Positions 10,239 through 19,886 of a DNA stretch of 64,000 bases are shown in pieces. The stretch covers positions 1 through 64,000 of the forward strand of contig JBDRNT010000089.1 of assembly GCA_043810925.1 (NCBI GenBank), given 5' to 3'. Source of the stretch: Candidatus Eiseniibacteriota bacterium (GTDB lineage: Bacteria > Arandabacterota > Arandabacteria > Arandabacterales > Arandabacteraceae). Under the pieces are notes generated by a model that did not search any database, was not told the DNA's origin, and worked only from the letters and a program-made list of their open reading frames with translations. A program made the translations under genes and the position numbers. Positions within the stretch are counted from its first letter, which is position 1; the number at the start of each line of letters is the position of its first letter.

Positions 10239-12650
10239 GTGAATCGGGTACGGGAGTCGGTGGCGCCCGAAGCCGAGGGGCGGTTGATGAAGACAGGTGC
10301 TAAATCGAAGCAGGACCAGGCCCGGCAACGGCTTGAAGAGCATCTCCGGTTTGAGTCCCTTATCGTGGAGATGACTACGAATTTTCTCAAAGGACCGATC
10401 TCTGAGGTCGACGAGGAGGTCCGCACCTGGCTCCGCCGCCTGGGTGAGTTCTTCAATGTCGATCGCGTCACCCTTTGGTGGCCGGTTGAGGAAGAAAGAA
10501 CGTACCGGGTCACGCATGCGTGGGCCGCTCCCGGTCTGCCGGACGCCACCGGTTTCGAAACCAGCAAAATACCGTGGACCGACGCGCGGGTGGGACGTGG
10601 TGGGGTCTTTTCATTCAGTCGGCTTGCCGATCTGCCGGAGACGGCGTCAAGCGACAAAGAGGTCTATAAGTCACTCGGCACAAAATCACTCGTCGCCGCT
10701 CCAACGGAGGTGCACGAGTCCATGTTCGCAGGGCTCACGATTGCCACTCTCAGGAGTGAACGGGACTGGGGCTCCGACGTGCCCGATCAGGTCAAGCTGG
10801 CTGCGGAGATCCTCGCCAGCGCACTTCTTCGCAGGCGGACCGAGCAGGAGCTCGTGGAGAGCGAGGAAAGGCTGCGGCTGGTGTTTGACGGTAGCCATGA
10901 TCTGATAACGATTACTGATGCACAAGCCAGGCCTTTGTGGGCAAACAAGGCCTGGGTCGAACTCTTCGGCCCCGTCTCAGAATATCAGGAAGAGCCGCTG
11001 CACCTTATCCATCCTGAGGACCTGGACCGAGCCGCTGCAGCGTGGAGTGCTTTGGTAACAGCGGAGACCAAGAGAATAGACCTGGAGTATCGGTACCGGT
11101 TGGCGAGTGGAGAGTGGCGGACCTTTGACTCATCCGGATTCAAGATGGTGCTTGATGGGAAAGACAGGTTCTGCATCGTTGCGCACGACGTCACCGAGCG
11201 GACGCTGGCGCGGGAGCGACTCAAGCGCGAAACGGAAAGGGCGCAGACGTATCTGGATATTGCAGGTGTCGTGATGGTAGTCATAGAAAGTGATCAGACG
11301 GTGTCCCTCATCAATAAGCGTGGTTGCGATCTACTCGGTTGCAGCGAGAAGGACATCATAGGGAAGAACTGGTTCGAAACAGCTGTGCCGGAAGGGGAGA
11401 GGGACAGGGTGCTGAACACGTTCAGGAAGATAATGGCGGGAGAAATAGAGCCTGTTGAGTACTTCGAGAATCGGATAGTAACCAGGAGTGGTGAGGAGAG
11501 GATCATCGCGTGGCACAATTCAGCGATAAGAGATGAAACCGGGCAGATTACCCGGACGCTGAGCTCCGGAGAGGACATCACGGAGCGCAAGCGGGCCAAG
11601 GCGGAACTTGAAAACGCGCTCCTCGAGATCAGTGCGCTTAAGGAGCGAGTACAGGCAGAGAATATCTACCTGAGGGAAGAGATCAGAATGGCCCACCTGC
11701 ACGGCGACATCATGGGGCAGAGCGACGCTATGAAATCCGTCCTGGTCCACGCCGAGCAGGTTGCGCCTACGGACTCAACGGTCTTGATTCTGGGTGAGAC
11801 CGGTACCGGCAAGGAGCGGCTTGCGCGTGCCATACATGACATGAGCCCAAGGAAAGACCGGCCGCTCGTCATCGTAAACTGCGCTGCAATGCCGGCAACG
11901 CTTGTTGAGAGCGAGCTCTTCGGGCGTGAGAAGGGTGCTTACACAGGTGCCACGACCAGACAGATAGGGCGCTTCGAGGTCGCCGACGACGGCACGATCT
12001 TTCTTGATGAGATCGGAGAGCTCTCACGGGAGACGCAGGCCAAGTTGTTGCGGGTGCTCCAGGAGGGGGAGCTTGAGCGCTTGGGTAGCACAGAAACCAT
12101 CTCCGTCGATGTCCGCGTGATCGCTGCAACGAATCGCGATCTTGAGAACGCGGTCAGGGACCGGGAATTCAGAGATGATCTCTTCTATAGGCTGAATGTC
12201 TATCCCATAGCCATCCCGCCGCTCAGGGACCGCAGGGAAGATATCTCTCCTCTTGTTCAGACTTTTATCAAAGAGTTCAATGAAAAGATGGGCAAACGGG
12301 TAGAAAGCGTATCTCGCAGAAGCATGAACGAACTTGAGTCATACTCCTGGCCGGGCAATGTAAGAGAGCTCAGGAACATTATCGAGCGCGCCATGATTCG
12401 GGCGACTGACAAGACTCTTCGCGTAGACGTGCCCAGAAGGAAGTCCCAGCCGGGAGCGGAGGATCAGACCCTGATCATTATGGAACGGCAGCACATCATG
12501 CGTGTGCTCGAGCAGACCGGTTGGCGCGTGAGGGGGAAGGGGGGAGCGGCCGAGGCCCTCGGGCTTAAGGCAACCACCCTTGAATCAAGGATGAAGAAGC
12601 TGGGTATCAAGCGCCCGGGCCCCGCGAAGCCCGGGAGCGATCCCATCTGA
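10239..12650 (+). CDS. Sigma-54-dependent activator (GAF-PAS-PAS-AAA+-HTH, FhlA-like)
   Basis: GETGTGKE Walker A, ESELFG..GAYTGA, FLDEIGE, WPGNVREL, C-terminal HTH. Start may be ATG 10286 region. Confidence 0.93.
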   Translation: MNRVRESVAPEAEGRLMKTGAKSKQDQARQRLEEHLRFESLIVEMTTNFLKGPISEVDEEVRTWLRRLGEFFNVDRVTLWWPVEEERTYRVTHAWAAPGLPDATGFETSKIPWTDARVGRGGVFSFSRLADLPETASSDKEVYKSLGTKSLVAAPTEVHESMFAGLTIATLRSERDWGSDVPDQVKLAAEILASALLRRRTEQELVESEERLRLVFDGSHDLITITDAQARPLWANKAWVELFGPVSEYQEEPLHLIHPEDLDRAAAAWSALVTAETKRIDLEYRYRLASGEWRTFDSSGFKMVLDGKDRFCIVAHDVTERTLARERLKRETERAQTYLDIAGVVMVVIESDQTVSLINKRGCDLLGCSEKDIIGKNWFETAVPEGERDRVLNTFRKIMAGEIEPVEYFENRIVTRSGEERIIAWHNSAIRDETGQITRTLSSGEDITERKRAKAELENALLEISALKERVQAENIYLREEIRMAHLHGDIMGQSDAMKSVLVHAEQVAPTDSTVLILGETGTGKERLARAIHDMSPRKDRPLVIVNCAAMPATLVESELFGREKGAYTGATTRQIGRFEVADDGTIFLDEIGELSRETQAKLLRVLQEGELERLGSTETISVDVRVIAATNRDLENAVRDREFRDDLFYRLNVYPIAIPPLRDRREDISPLVQTFIKEFNEKMGKRVESVSRRSMNELESYSWPGNVRELRNIIERAMIRATDKTLRVDVPRRKSQPGAEDQTLIIMERQHIMRVLEQTGWRVRGKGGAAEALGLKATTLESRMKKLGIKRPGPAKPGSDPI

Positions 12651-12716
12651 TCTGGCCTGACCCGGATATAGCCACCCTGGTACTCCAATGCCGGGTATGT
12701 CAACCGCATTATTTTT

Positions 12717-12748
12717 CCGATATGTCGTGCCCTACCCGATATTTCGTG
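12717..12748 (+). promoter_or_regulatory. Candidate enhancer (UAS) for the sigma-54 activator
   Basis: Direct repeat ccgatatgtcgtg / ccgatatttcgtg with 19-bp period, about 100-130 bp upstream of a sigma-54 promoter. Confidence 0.5.
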
Positions 12749-12846
12749 TGTAAATCTTAGATACAGTTGCCACCCGGAAGGAGTATGACAGCACTAACTC
12801 GTTGTAAACATATCTGTTATGACTCTTGATACACGTGACCCGAAAC

Positions 12847-12862
12847 TGGCACACCTCCTGCA
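12847..12862 (+). promoter_or_regulatory. Sigma-54 promoter (-24/-12)
   Basis: TGGCAC-ACCTC-CTGCA with exact GG-N10-GC spacing. Confidence 0.75.
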
Positions 12863-12938
12863 ATTAGAAGTGTACAACCGCCTGCGGATCGGTTCGTGAG
12901 AGCCGATCGAGCAGGATCGAAGCGACCGGAGGATACAG

Positions 12939-13313
12939 ATGATCGACTTCAGAGTGAATCAACCGGTAAGAAGGACGAAGCAAGTCCGGCCCTGCGCCGT
13001 CCGGAATATCCCGCTCGACGGGCAGGTCCGGAGGCCGAAGGGGAAGGAGCATGAGGAAATGCATGAATGTACCGGTACCATCAAGAGACTGCTGAACGAT
13101 GGTGAGGTGACACAGCTTAAGAGTCTGTTTGCGATGGTAGAGAGACAGGGGCCGCGTGGTGATATGCTGGGGGTAATAGACCTGACTGAGTCGCCCGATT
13201 GTGCCGCCTGTCCTGATAGGCTTTCATGGGGCTATTCATCGTACTGCCAGAATCCTGAGAAGCTGGGAGATATTGAATCCCAGGCAGACACGCAGTCCCA
13301 ACCTGAACCTTAG
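12939..13313 (+). CDS. Small hypothetical Cys-motif protein
   Basis: RBS GGAGG before ATG 12939 (alternative start ATG 13059); CAACPDRLSWGYSSYCQNP; downstream of a sigma-54 promoter. Confidence 0.6.
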   Translation: MIDFRVNQPVRRTKQVRPCAVRNIPLDGQVRRPKGKEHEEMHECTGTIKRLLNDGEVTQLKSLFAMVERQGPRGDMLGVIDLTESPDCAACPDRLSWGYSSYCQNPEKLGDIESQADTQSQPEP

Positions 13314-13379
13314 CGCCAGGTAAGTTACTTCCCCTTTGTCGCCAGAGCGCTTTCTCAGTGTCCCCAGGATGCCTGACTC

Positions 13380-13479
13380 GTAGGGGTAGAGATCGTGGCC
13401 GGTCGGACTCGGCGTTCGACCGGCTTTCTGGCTTCACGTCACATACCGTCGGGCACAGATGACCCGGAGCTACCCCTAT
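13380..13479. repeat. GTAG-type REP/REPIN-like element
   Basis: Ends gtaggggtag...ctacccctat; internal hairpin gccggtcgga...ttcgaccggc. Confidence 0.5.
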
Positions 13480-13590
13480 GTTATTGCGAGAAGCGCAAGC
13501 GACGAAGCAATCTCTAAAGACCGCCACGGCTCGCCCGCGATGATGCTCTCGTGTGGGATTGCAGCACTTCCTTCGGTCGTTCGCAACGAC
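13480..13590. repeat. Complete GTYATTGCGAG-type palindromic repeat element
   Basis: Left arm gttattgcgag...gcaatctc; right arm gggattgc...tcgcaacgac. Confidence 0.7.
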
Positions 13591-13651
13591 AGCGCTATGC
13601 CGCCCTGGACGAGTTTCGAGCTTGAATCATGGCAAAGGTGTGATAGGTTGA

Positions 13652-13701
13652 TTGACACGTTCTTAAGTGCGTGATATATTAAAAGTAATCTGGGAAATTA
13701 C
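13652..13701 (+). promoter_or_regulatory. Sigma-70 promoter and candidate Rrf2 operator
   Basis: TTGACA-N17-TATATT (13652-13680) followed by inverted repeat gtaat-N7-attac just before the Rrf2 gene. Confidence 0.6.
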
Positions 13702-13710
13702 CATTGAGGT

Positions 13711-14145
13711 ATGAGCGAAATGAAGCTGCCAACTAAGATCAGATACGCGGTCAGGGCGGTGGTGGAACTTGCCGAGCGGGAGGGCAGGGTACCCGTTCCT
13801 GTGAAGACTATTGCGGAGGCCCAGGAGGTCTCGCCCAAGTATGCCAAGCAACTGATGAACCGGCTTCAGAAGGCGGGCATAGTGCGAGGTTACCCGGGTA
13901 TACACGGCGGGTATGTCCTGGCGAAGGACCCCGGCGGCGTAAGTGTTTACGATATCTACCGGGCGATGGGCGTGGCTCTCGATCTGGCACCCTGCGTGGG
14001 GCGGAATGCACACTGTACAAGGGAGGACGAATGCTCGGCGAGCAGGGTATGGAAGCGGCTGAGGACGGCGCTGGAGAAGACCTTGAGGGAGGTCTCGATA
14101 GAGCAACTCGCCGCGGAAGAACGGTCGCTTCGAGCAGGGGGATAA
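13711..14145 (+). CDS. Rrf2 family regulator (IscR-like, three Cys)
   Basis: RYAVRAVVELA, GGYVLAK winged helix; C-x6-C-x5-C (CVGRNAHCTREDEC). Confidence 0.9.
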   Translation: MSEMKLPTKIRYAVRAVVELAEREGRVPVPVKTIAEAQEVSPKYAKQLMNRLQKAGIVRGYPGIHGGYVLAKDPGGVSVYDIYRAMGVALDLAPCVGRNAHCTREDECSASRVWKRLRTALEKTLREVSIEQLAAEERSLRAGG

Positions 14146-14149
14146 AAGT

Positions 14150-15304
14150 ATGATCTATCTCGATCACAGTGCAACGACACCCGTTGACTCAAGGGTGTTT
14201 GAGGCGATGACGCCGTATCTCACAGAACACTTCGGTAATGCCTCATCTATATACAGGGCCGGGCAGGACGTCAGGAAAGTGGTGGAGGATGCACGAGAGA
14301 AGACTGCGAAACTGCTCGGTGCACGGCCGAAGGAAGTCATTTTCACAAGCGGAGGGACCGAGTCGGACAACACCGCAATCAAAGGTGTGGCTCTTAACCG
14401 CGGCAGCGGTCACATAATCACCTCGTCGATCGAGCACCCGGCAGTCCTGAAGGTGGTCGGGTGGTTGGAGAAGCAGGGGTTTTCAGCGACATATGTTCCT
14501 GTGGACTCGGATGGGCTCGTTGATCCGGATGAGGTCAGGAAGGCTGTGAGACCGGACACAATCATCATCTCGATCATGCATGCGAACAACGAGATCGGTG
14601 TTATCCAGCCCATCGAGGAGATATCCGCCGTTGCACATGAGAAGGAAATACTGTTTCACACGGACGCTGTTCAGACGTTCGGCAAGATCCCGATAGATGT
14701 GGAGAAGATGGGAATAGACTTGCTGTCACTCTCGGCTCACAAGATCTACGGACCCAAGGGGACCGGCGTGCTCTATGTGAAGAAGGGTACGAAGTTCGAC
14801 CCGTGTGTGCACGGCGGGCACCAGGAGTGGGGCAAACGTGGAGGGACCGAGAACGTTGCGGGTATTGCAGGACTCGGCCGGGCGACGGAACTCGCATCAT
14901 CTGAAATGGAAGCGGACGAGAAGCGTATCAGGAAGCTTCGTGATAGGCTGGAGGACGGATTGAAGAACAGCATCAGTGATCTGCTCTTTAACGGTCACCG
15001 GGAAAGCCGGCTCTACAGCCTCGCAAATGTATGTGTCAAGTATGTCGAGGGCGAAGCCATGCTGCTCAATCTTGACTTTCATGGCATAGCGGCATCGTCG
15101 GGTTCGGCCTGCACCTCCGGGTCGCTGGAGCCGTCGCATGTGCTGCTTGCGATCGGTCTCCCTGCAGAGATCGCCCACGGGAGCCTGAGGTTCAGTCTCG
15201 GACGGCAGAACACTGAAGAGGACATCGATAAGGTGCTTGAGGTGCTGCCCCCGATAGTGGCAAAACTCCGGGAGATGTCAGCGTTCCCACGGCCATCCTC
15301 ATAG
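14150..15304 (+). CDS. iscS: Cysteine desulfurase (IscS/NifS)
   Basis: IYLDHSATTP, SAHKIYGPKG, SSGSACTS. Confidence 0.95.
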   Translation: MIYLDHSATTPVDSRVFEAMTPYLTEHFGNASSIYRAGQDVRKVVEDAREKTAKLLGARPKEVIFTSGGTESDNTAIKGVALNRGSGHIITSSIEHPAVLKVVGWLEKQGFSATYVPVDSDGLVDPDEVRKAVRPDTIIISIMHANNEIGVIQPIEEISAVAHEKEILFHTDAVQTFGKIPIDVEKMGIDLLSLSAHKIYGPKGTGVLYVKKGTKFDPCVHGGHQEWGKRGGTENVAGIAGLGRATELASSEMEADEKRIRKLRDRLEDGLKNSISDLLFNGHRESRLYSLANVCVKYVEGEAMLLNLDFHGIAASSGSACTSGSLEPSHVLLAIGLPAEIAHGSLRFSLGRQNTEEDIDKVLEVLPPIVAKLREMSAFPRPSS

Positions 15305-15315
15305 GTCAGGTGTGA

Positions 15316-16233
15316 TTGGATATGACGGAGAACGGTCTTAAAGAGCGGGTTCTTAAGCTCAAACGGAAGAAGGATGCACTGATCCTCGTCCACAACTACC
15401 AGGTGGCCGAAGTGCAGGAGGTAGGCGATTACATCGGTGATTCACTCGAACTGGCGCGGAAGGCGACCGAGGTCAAGACGAGCGTCATCGTTTTCTGCGG
15501 GGTCCGCTTCATGGCCGAGACCGCCAAGATCCTGAATCCCGATGTCAAGGTGCTTATCCCGAGGAGTGATGCCGGCTGCCCCATGGCGGACATGATAACC
15601 CGGGATGATGTGATCGATCTTAAGAAGAAGTACCCTGGTGCCGTGGTCTGCTCCTATGTAAACACGAATGCCGATGTAAAGGCCGAGACCGATATCTGCT
15701 GCACGTCTGCGAATGCCGTAGAGGTGATTGAGAGCATCGATTCCGATCGTGTGGTGTTCACGCCGGACAAGAACCTGGCATCGTACGTCGGCCGAAAAGT
15801 CAGCACCGAGATCATACCCTTTGACGGTTACTGCTATGTCCATACGCGGTTCAGCCCTCAGGACATAGAAAGATCAAGAGCGGCCCATCCCGGTGCTGTT
15901 GTTCTGGTACATCCGGAGTGTAATCCCGAGGTCGTCGATCTGGCCGACGAGGTTTTGTCGACAAGCGGGATGCTCAGGTTCGCGAGAGAATCTGATGCAT
16001 CCGAATTCATAGTCGCTACTGAAGAGGGCCTTATAGGGCGGATGAGCCGGGAGATACCCGGCAAAGCCTTCTATTCTGCGGGTAGAGCTCATTTCTGCTT
16101 CAACATGAAGAAGATCAGACTTGAGGACGTTTATAGATCGCTTGATGAGGAGATCTACGAGGTCGTTGTGGACCCGCCGATAATGGAAAAGGCCAGAGTC
16201 TCCCTCGAACGCATGATTGCCGTCAAACTCTAA
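15316..16233 (+). CDS. nadA: Quinolinate synthase
   Basis: HNYQ, GDSLELA, FCGVRFMAETAK, AGCPMAD, HPEC, CFNMK. Confidence 0.96.
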   Translation: MDMTENGLKERVLKLKRKKDALILVHNYQVAEVQEVGDYIGDSLELARKATEVKTSVIVFCGVRFMAETAKILNPDVKVLIPRSDAGCPMADMITRDDVIDLKKKYPGAVVCSYVNTNADVKAETDICCTSANAVEVIESIDSDRVVFTPDKNLASYVGRKVSTEIIPFDGYCYVHTRFSPQDIERSRAAHPGAVVLVHPECNPEVVDLADEVLSTSGMLRFARESDASEFIVATEEGLIGRMSREIPGKAFYSAGRAHFCFNMKKIRLEDVYRSLDEEIYEVVVDPPIMEKARVSLERMIAVKL

Positions 16234-16248
16234 AGGAACCCTTGGACC

Positions 16249-16986
16249 GTGGACAGGTACGCAAGACACACAGCGCTGCCGTGGTTTGGCGATAGGGGAC
16301 AGGCCACCCTGCGGGCGAGCACTGTCCTCGTGGTCGGCTGTGGAGGCACCGGCTGCGCGTGCTCTTCCTTCCTGGCCCGCGCGGGCACAGGTAAGATCCG
16401 GATAGTCGATCCCGATGTCGTGAGCGCGACCGACCTCCACCGGCAGGTCCTCTTCATCGAGAAGGACGCGGATGGACGGCGGCCTAAGGCCGAGGTAGCT
16501 GCCGAGCGACTCAATCAGGCCAACAGCGAAGTCGTGATCGAGCCCGTCATTGAGAGGTTCAGTCCGGAGAATGCCGAGTCGCTTGTCGCGGATGCGGATC
16601 TTGTCATGGATTGCAGTGACAACTTCGAGACCAGGGTGCTCTTAAACGAAGTCTGTACCAGGTTGTCCACGGCCTGGGTGCATGGGGCATGCGTCGGCAC
16701 GGCCGGCATCATCGTACCGTTCCCTCTGGACAGGATCGCCTGCTACCGGTGCATCGTGGATCATATCCCGAAGCGGCCCGCCGTCCCGACATGTGAGGAG
16801 GCCGGTATCCTGGGGCCTCTTGCCGGTGCCGTCGGATGTGTAGAAGCTGCTGAAGGTATAAAGATGCTTGTGAACCCACAGGTCTTTAGGCAACGTCTCA
16901 TCTATATCGACATTACGTCGAATACGTACGAGGCGATAGAAGTCAGGAAGAGGAGTGACTGCCCCGTTTGCGGAAGCGGAGTGTGA
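16249..16986 (+). CDS. ThiF/MoeB-family adenylyltransferase
   Basis: RYARH, GCGGTG, LHRQ, DCSDNFETR, CYRC and CPVC zinc motifs. Confidence 0.9.
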   Translation: MDRYARHTALPWFGDRGQATLRASTVLVVGCGGTGCACSSFLARAGTGKIRIVDPDVVSATDLHRQVLFIEKDADGRRPKAEVAAERLNQANSEVVIEPVIERFSPENAESLVADADLVMDCSDNFETRVLLNEVCTRLSTAWVHGACVGTAGIIVPFPLDRIACYRCIVDHIPKRPAVPTCEEAGILGPLAGAVGCVEAAEGIKMLVNPQVFRQRLIYIDITSNTYEAIEVRKRSDCPVCGSGV

Positions 16987-16994
16987 GGTCAGGC

Positions 16995-18032
16995 ATGTCA
17001 CGAGTCGCGGTTCTTATGAGTGGTGGGGTGGACTCCTCCGGTGCAGCTGTTCTACTCACCCAACAAGGACACGATGTAACGGGTATCACCGCGAGGATGT
17101 CAGGGCCGGCATCGGCGTGCTGTGATGACGACGATATCTACCGGGCCAGACGGGTCTGCCACCGTCTGGATATTCCCCACATTGTGCTCGATCTTAGAGA
17201 GGACTTCGACCGCCGTGTTCTATGTCCCTTCATCGATGCCTACCTTCAGGGGACCACCCCCAATCCATGTGCCATCTGTAACAGGGAGATCAAGCTCGGG
17301 AAGATGCTCGGCCTGGCCGTAAGATCCGGCTTTGATCGCGTGGCAACAGGACACTACGCGGCGATCGGTTGGATGGGGGGCAGGCCCGTGCTGTGTGAAC
17401 CCGCCGAAGCACGTAAGTCTCAGGTCTACTTCCTCGCACTCGTCCGACCTGAGGTTCTCGACAGACTTGAGTTTCCCCTTGAGCGGACTCAGAAGCGCGA
17501 GGTAAGAGAGATCGTGGCGAGTCTCGACCTGGCCGTGAGACAGGGCGAAAGCCAGGATCTTTGTTTCGTACCGTCGGGCGGTTACCAGCAGATACTGAGC
17601 GACTGCTGGGCCGGCCCTCCGGAGGGAGATGTGCTCGATCTGGAGGGGAGTGTGGTCGGAAGCCACAAGGGGCACTTTGCCTACACGGTGGGTCAGCGTT
17701 TCGGCATAAAGGGCCGGCGGTACTACGTTATCGAGAAGCGTGCCCGGACCAACGTGATCGTGGTCGCGGAGAGGGAGGAGGCCTTGAAGTGGAGGATCAC
17801 GATCGCGGGCGTCAACTTCTTCGTTCCGCTTGAGGATCTCGGGGACGGGGATCTCACGATAAAGTACAGGTACAACTCGCCTCGGATCGCCGCAAGGATA
17901 CTGGAAGCCGGTGATGGTCACATCACTTTTCTTACGGACGGAGCATGCTTTGCGCCTGCGCCGGGCCAGATAGTGGCGTGCTACCGGCGTGACTGCATGG
18001 TGTGTGCGGGTGTCATAGAGTCGGCCGCTTAG
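16995..18032 (+). CDS. mnmA: tRNA 2-thiouridylase
   Basis: SGGVDS PP-loop, TPNPCAICN, ATGHYA, ESQDLCF, YTVGQR. Confidence 0.9.
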   Translation: MSRVAVLMSGGVDSSGAAVLLTQQGHDVTGITARMSGPASACCDDDDIYRARRVCHRLDIPHIVLDLREDFDRRVLCPFIDAYLQGTTPNPCAICNREIKLGKMLGLAVRSGFDRVATGHYAAIGWMGGRPVLCEPAEARKSQVYFLALVRPEVLDRLEFPLERTQKREVREIVASLDLAVRQGESQDLCFVPSGGYQQILSDCWAGPPEGDVLDLEGSVVGSHKGHFAYTVGQRFGIKGRRYYVIEKRARTNVIVVAEREEALKWRITIAGVNFFVPLEDLGDGDLTIKYRYNSPRIAARILEAGDGHITFLTDGACFAPAPGQIVACYRRDCMVCAGVIESAA

Positions 18033-18047
18033 ACCGGGCGCGACCGG

Positions 18048-18263
18048 CTACATCACTCCGTCCCAGGTTGGTTCCTCGAGAGGCTCCGTTGCCTTCTCTT
18101 GCGGTTTGTCAGCGGCAGGGGCGCGATCAATCGCGGCGGGCCTCGAGATCCTCTCGGGCTCTTCCGGTGAGAAGGACCTCACGGCTGTAGATACCGTGAC
18201 GGCCAGTAGCGCTACCACCACCGCAAGCAGGACATAGCCTGTGAGGGTCTTGTTGTCCTTCAT
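18048..18263 (-). CDS. Small single-pass membrane protein ending the pilin operon
   Basis: ATGA overlap with the pilX-like stop; one hydrophobic helix. Confidence 0.65.
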   Translation of the reverse strand: MKDNKTLTGYVLLAVVVALLAVTVSTAVRSFSPEEPERISRPAAIDRAPAADKPQEKATEPLEEPTWDGVM

Positions 18264-19885
18264 GCCTCTCTCCATGAGGTCGTGTGAGGTACGGGTTTGT
18301 CGACCTTGAAGACATTTGTGAGCGGGTAGTATGGTGGTGAGATGCCACGCCTGTCATATCTGAAATCCCTGCCGTAGCCTGTCTGGGCTCCGTTCTGGCC
18401 AAATGTCCCAAACGGACCGTAGTACTTCTCCACGACTCCACCGCGCAGGTGAACCTGGCCCCTGTATGAGCCGCGGTTGTAGTTGTCCACCGTAAATGCT
18501 CCGCGGCTGCCTGCGGCCAGTATGTATGCATCCAGCATGAGCTCGTCCGGTGCGGCTGTCGTTATTCTGATGTCGCCGCCTGCGGAATAGACTCCGAGAA
18601 CGCAATCAGTGGAGACAAAGTCCTCGTACACAATGTCCCTGTCTATGAGGATATCGTCTTTCGCGGTTATTGTTACCTGGGTGTGTTCTTCAAGCGCTGG
18701 CGGGGGTGTGCCGGCGACTCGCGCCTTGCCTCCGATGCTCGAGATGCCCCCGGTTACGTAGACCATCCCTCTCGGAAGACCTGCGTAGATAGTAGAGTCA
18801 CCACCACTGTAAATCTTGGTAACCAGGTTTGTCCTGTCGAGCACCACGTGGCTTGTCACCCCGTTCTCGTCGGTCACTTCATAATCCTGGAAACCGTAAT
18901 GGTTGATGGAGAGTGTCACGTCCCTGGCGTCGCCCACGATGTAGATGCCTCCGGTCACGGATACGCTGTCATTGGGCACATAGAGGCCATTCGGCACGGC
19001 CCCGGGAGCTGCAGGATCAAGCCCCAGCGCCTGCTTGATCTCTCCCGTCGAGAGTTGTGTCGTATCGACGGCTGCATAACCCAGCGCAGCTCTTTCCTGG
19101 CTGAAAGAGTTTGAGGGAAGATCGACACGGTCGGCGCCGCGTTCAAAACCACCATAGAAGTTGGGGACATCGATATTGCCGTTTCTGTCCGCATCGAGGT
19201 CTTTGGGCTTCCCGTTGTTGTAGTAGGACGCCTTCTGTGGCACGCACGTGACAAGGTCTTCAAACGTCGGGAAGTACGCGAACCGGAGTTTGTCATTACT
19301 GTGGATCCGCCCGTCGAAGTAGCCGCTTGTGTGGAACCAGATTGGGCTTCCGCTAGGGGTGTAGTGGGTATCGGTGAAGAGCAGAAAGTCCGAGAAACTC
19401 CCTCGTGACGCGCTCAGCCTCAGGTTGCCTTCAGCGACCACATGTTTCTCTCCGCTGATGTAGGACGTCCCTTTAGCCAGTGATCTGTAGCGGAAGTTGA
19501 AGGTCTGGCTCGTCGCCAGGAGTGTGCTGTCTGCAAACTCGAATGTGGTTACTACCTCGAATTCATGTTGATTGCTGTTGAAGGTGAGTCCGCCGGCAGG
19601 AAAGAAACTGAGCGGGTTCGTGATTATTGCCCCGACACCGGGCCAGACAGTTCTGAGGGTCTCCATCTTCGCCTGGCTGAATGTGGCCATCTGCTGCTTG
19701 GCCACCTCGACGGCAGCGTCTGCATTGAAAAGGGCCTGCGCAGCCACCTTCTGGTTGACCGGTATGCCCTTCTCGGTTATTGACAGCGTCGCGATTGCGA
19801 GTGCCATAGCGGATATCACCATTGTGACAGCGATCGCGATCACCAATGCGATACCTGATTCGCTACCCGCTCTGACAATTCTCAT
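18260..19885 (-). CDS. PilX-like minor pilin / DUF4900-like protein, copy A
   Basis: G|IALVIAI pilin-like N-terminus lacking E5, ALFNADAAVE; paralogue of 21853..23478. Confidence 0.8.
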   Translation of the reverse strand: MRIVRAGSESGIALVIAIAVTMVISAMALAIATLSITEKGIPVNQKVAAQALFNADAAVEVAKQQMATFSQAKMETLRTVWPGVGAIITNPLSFFPAGGLTFNSNQHEFEVVTTFEFADSTLLATSQTFNFRYRSLAKGTSYISGEKHVVAEGNLRLSASRGSFSDFLLFTDTHYTPSGSPIWFHTSGYFDGRIHSNDKLRFAYFPTFEDLVTCVPQKASYYNNGKPKDLDADRNGNIDVPNFYGGFERGADRVDLPSNSFSQERAALGYAAVDTTQLSTGEIKQALGLDPAAPGAVPNGLYVPNDSVSVTGGIYIVGDARDVTLSINHYGFQDYEVTDENGVTSHVVLDRTNLVTKIYSGGDSTIYAGLPRGMVYVTGGISSIGGKARVAGTPPPALEEHTQVTITAKDDILIDRDIVYEDFVSTDCVLGVYSAGGDIRITTAAPDELMLDAYILAAGSRGAFTVDNYNRGSYRGQVHLRGGVVEKYYGPFGTFGQNGAQTGYGRDFRYDRRGISPPYYPLTNVFKVDKPVPHTTSWREA

Positions 19886-19886
19886 A

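Noticed and set aside
13459-13674. Short ORFs with VIARS..DEAIS
   Set aside because: Translation of the palindromic repeat; the same peptide appears in ORF 30..245
16977-16990. Additional Sec read-through at TGA stops such as the end of thiF
   Set aside because: No SECIS-like hairpin noticed and the proteins look complete at their stops
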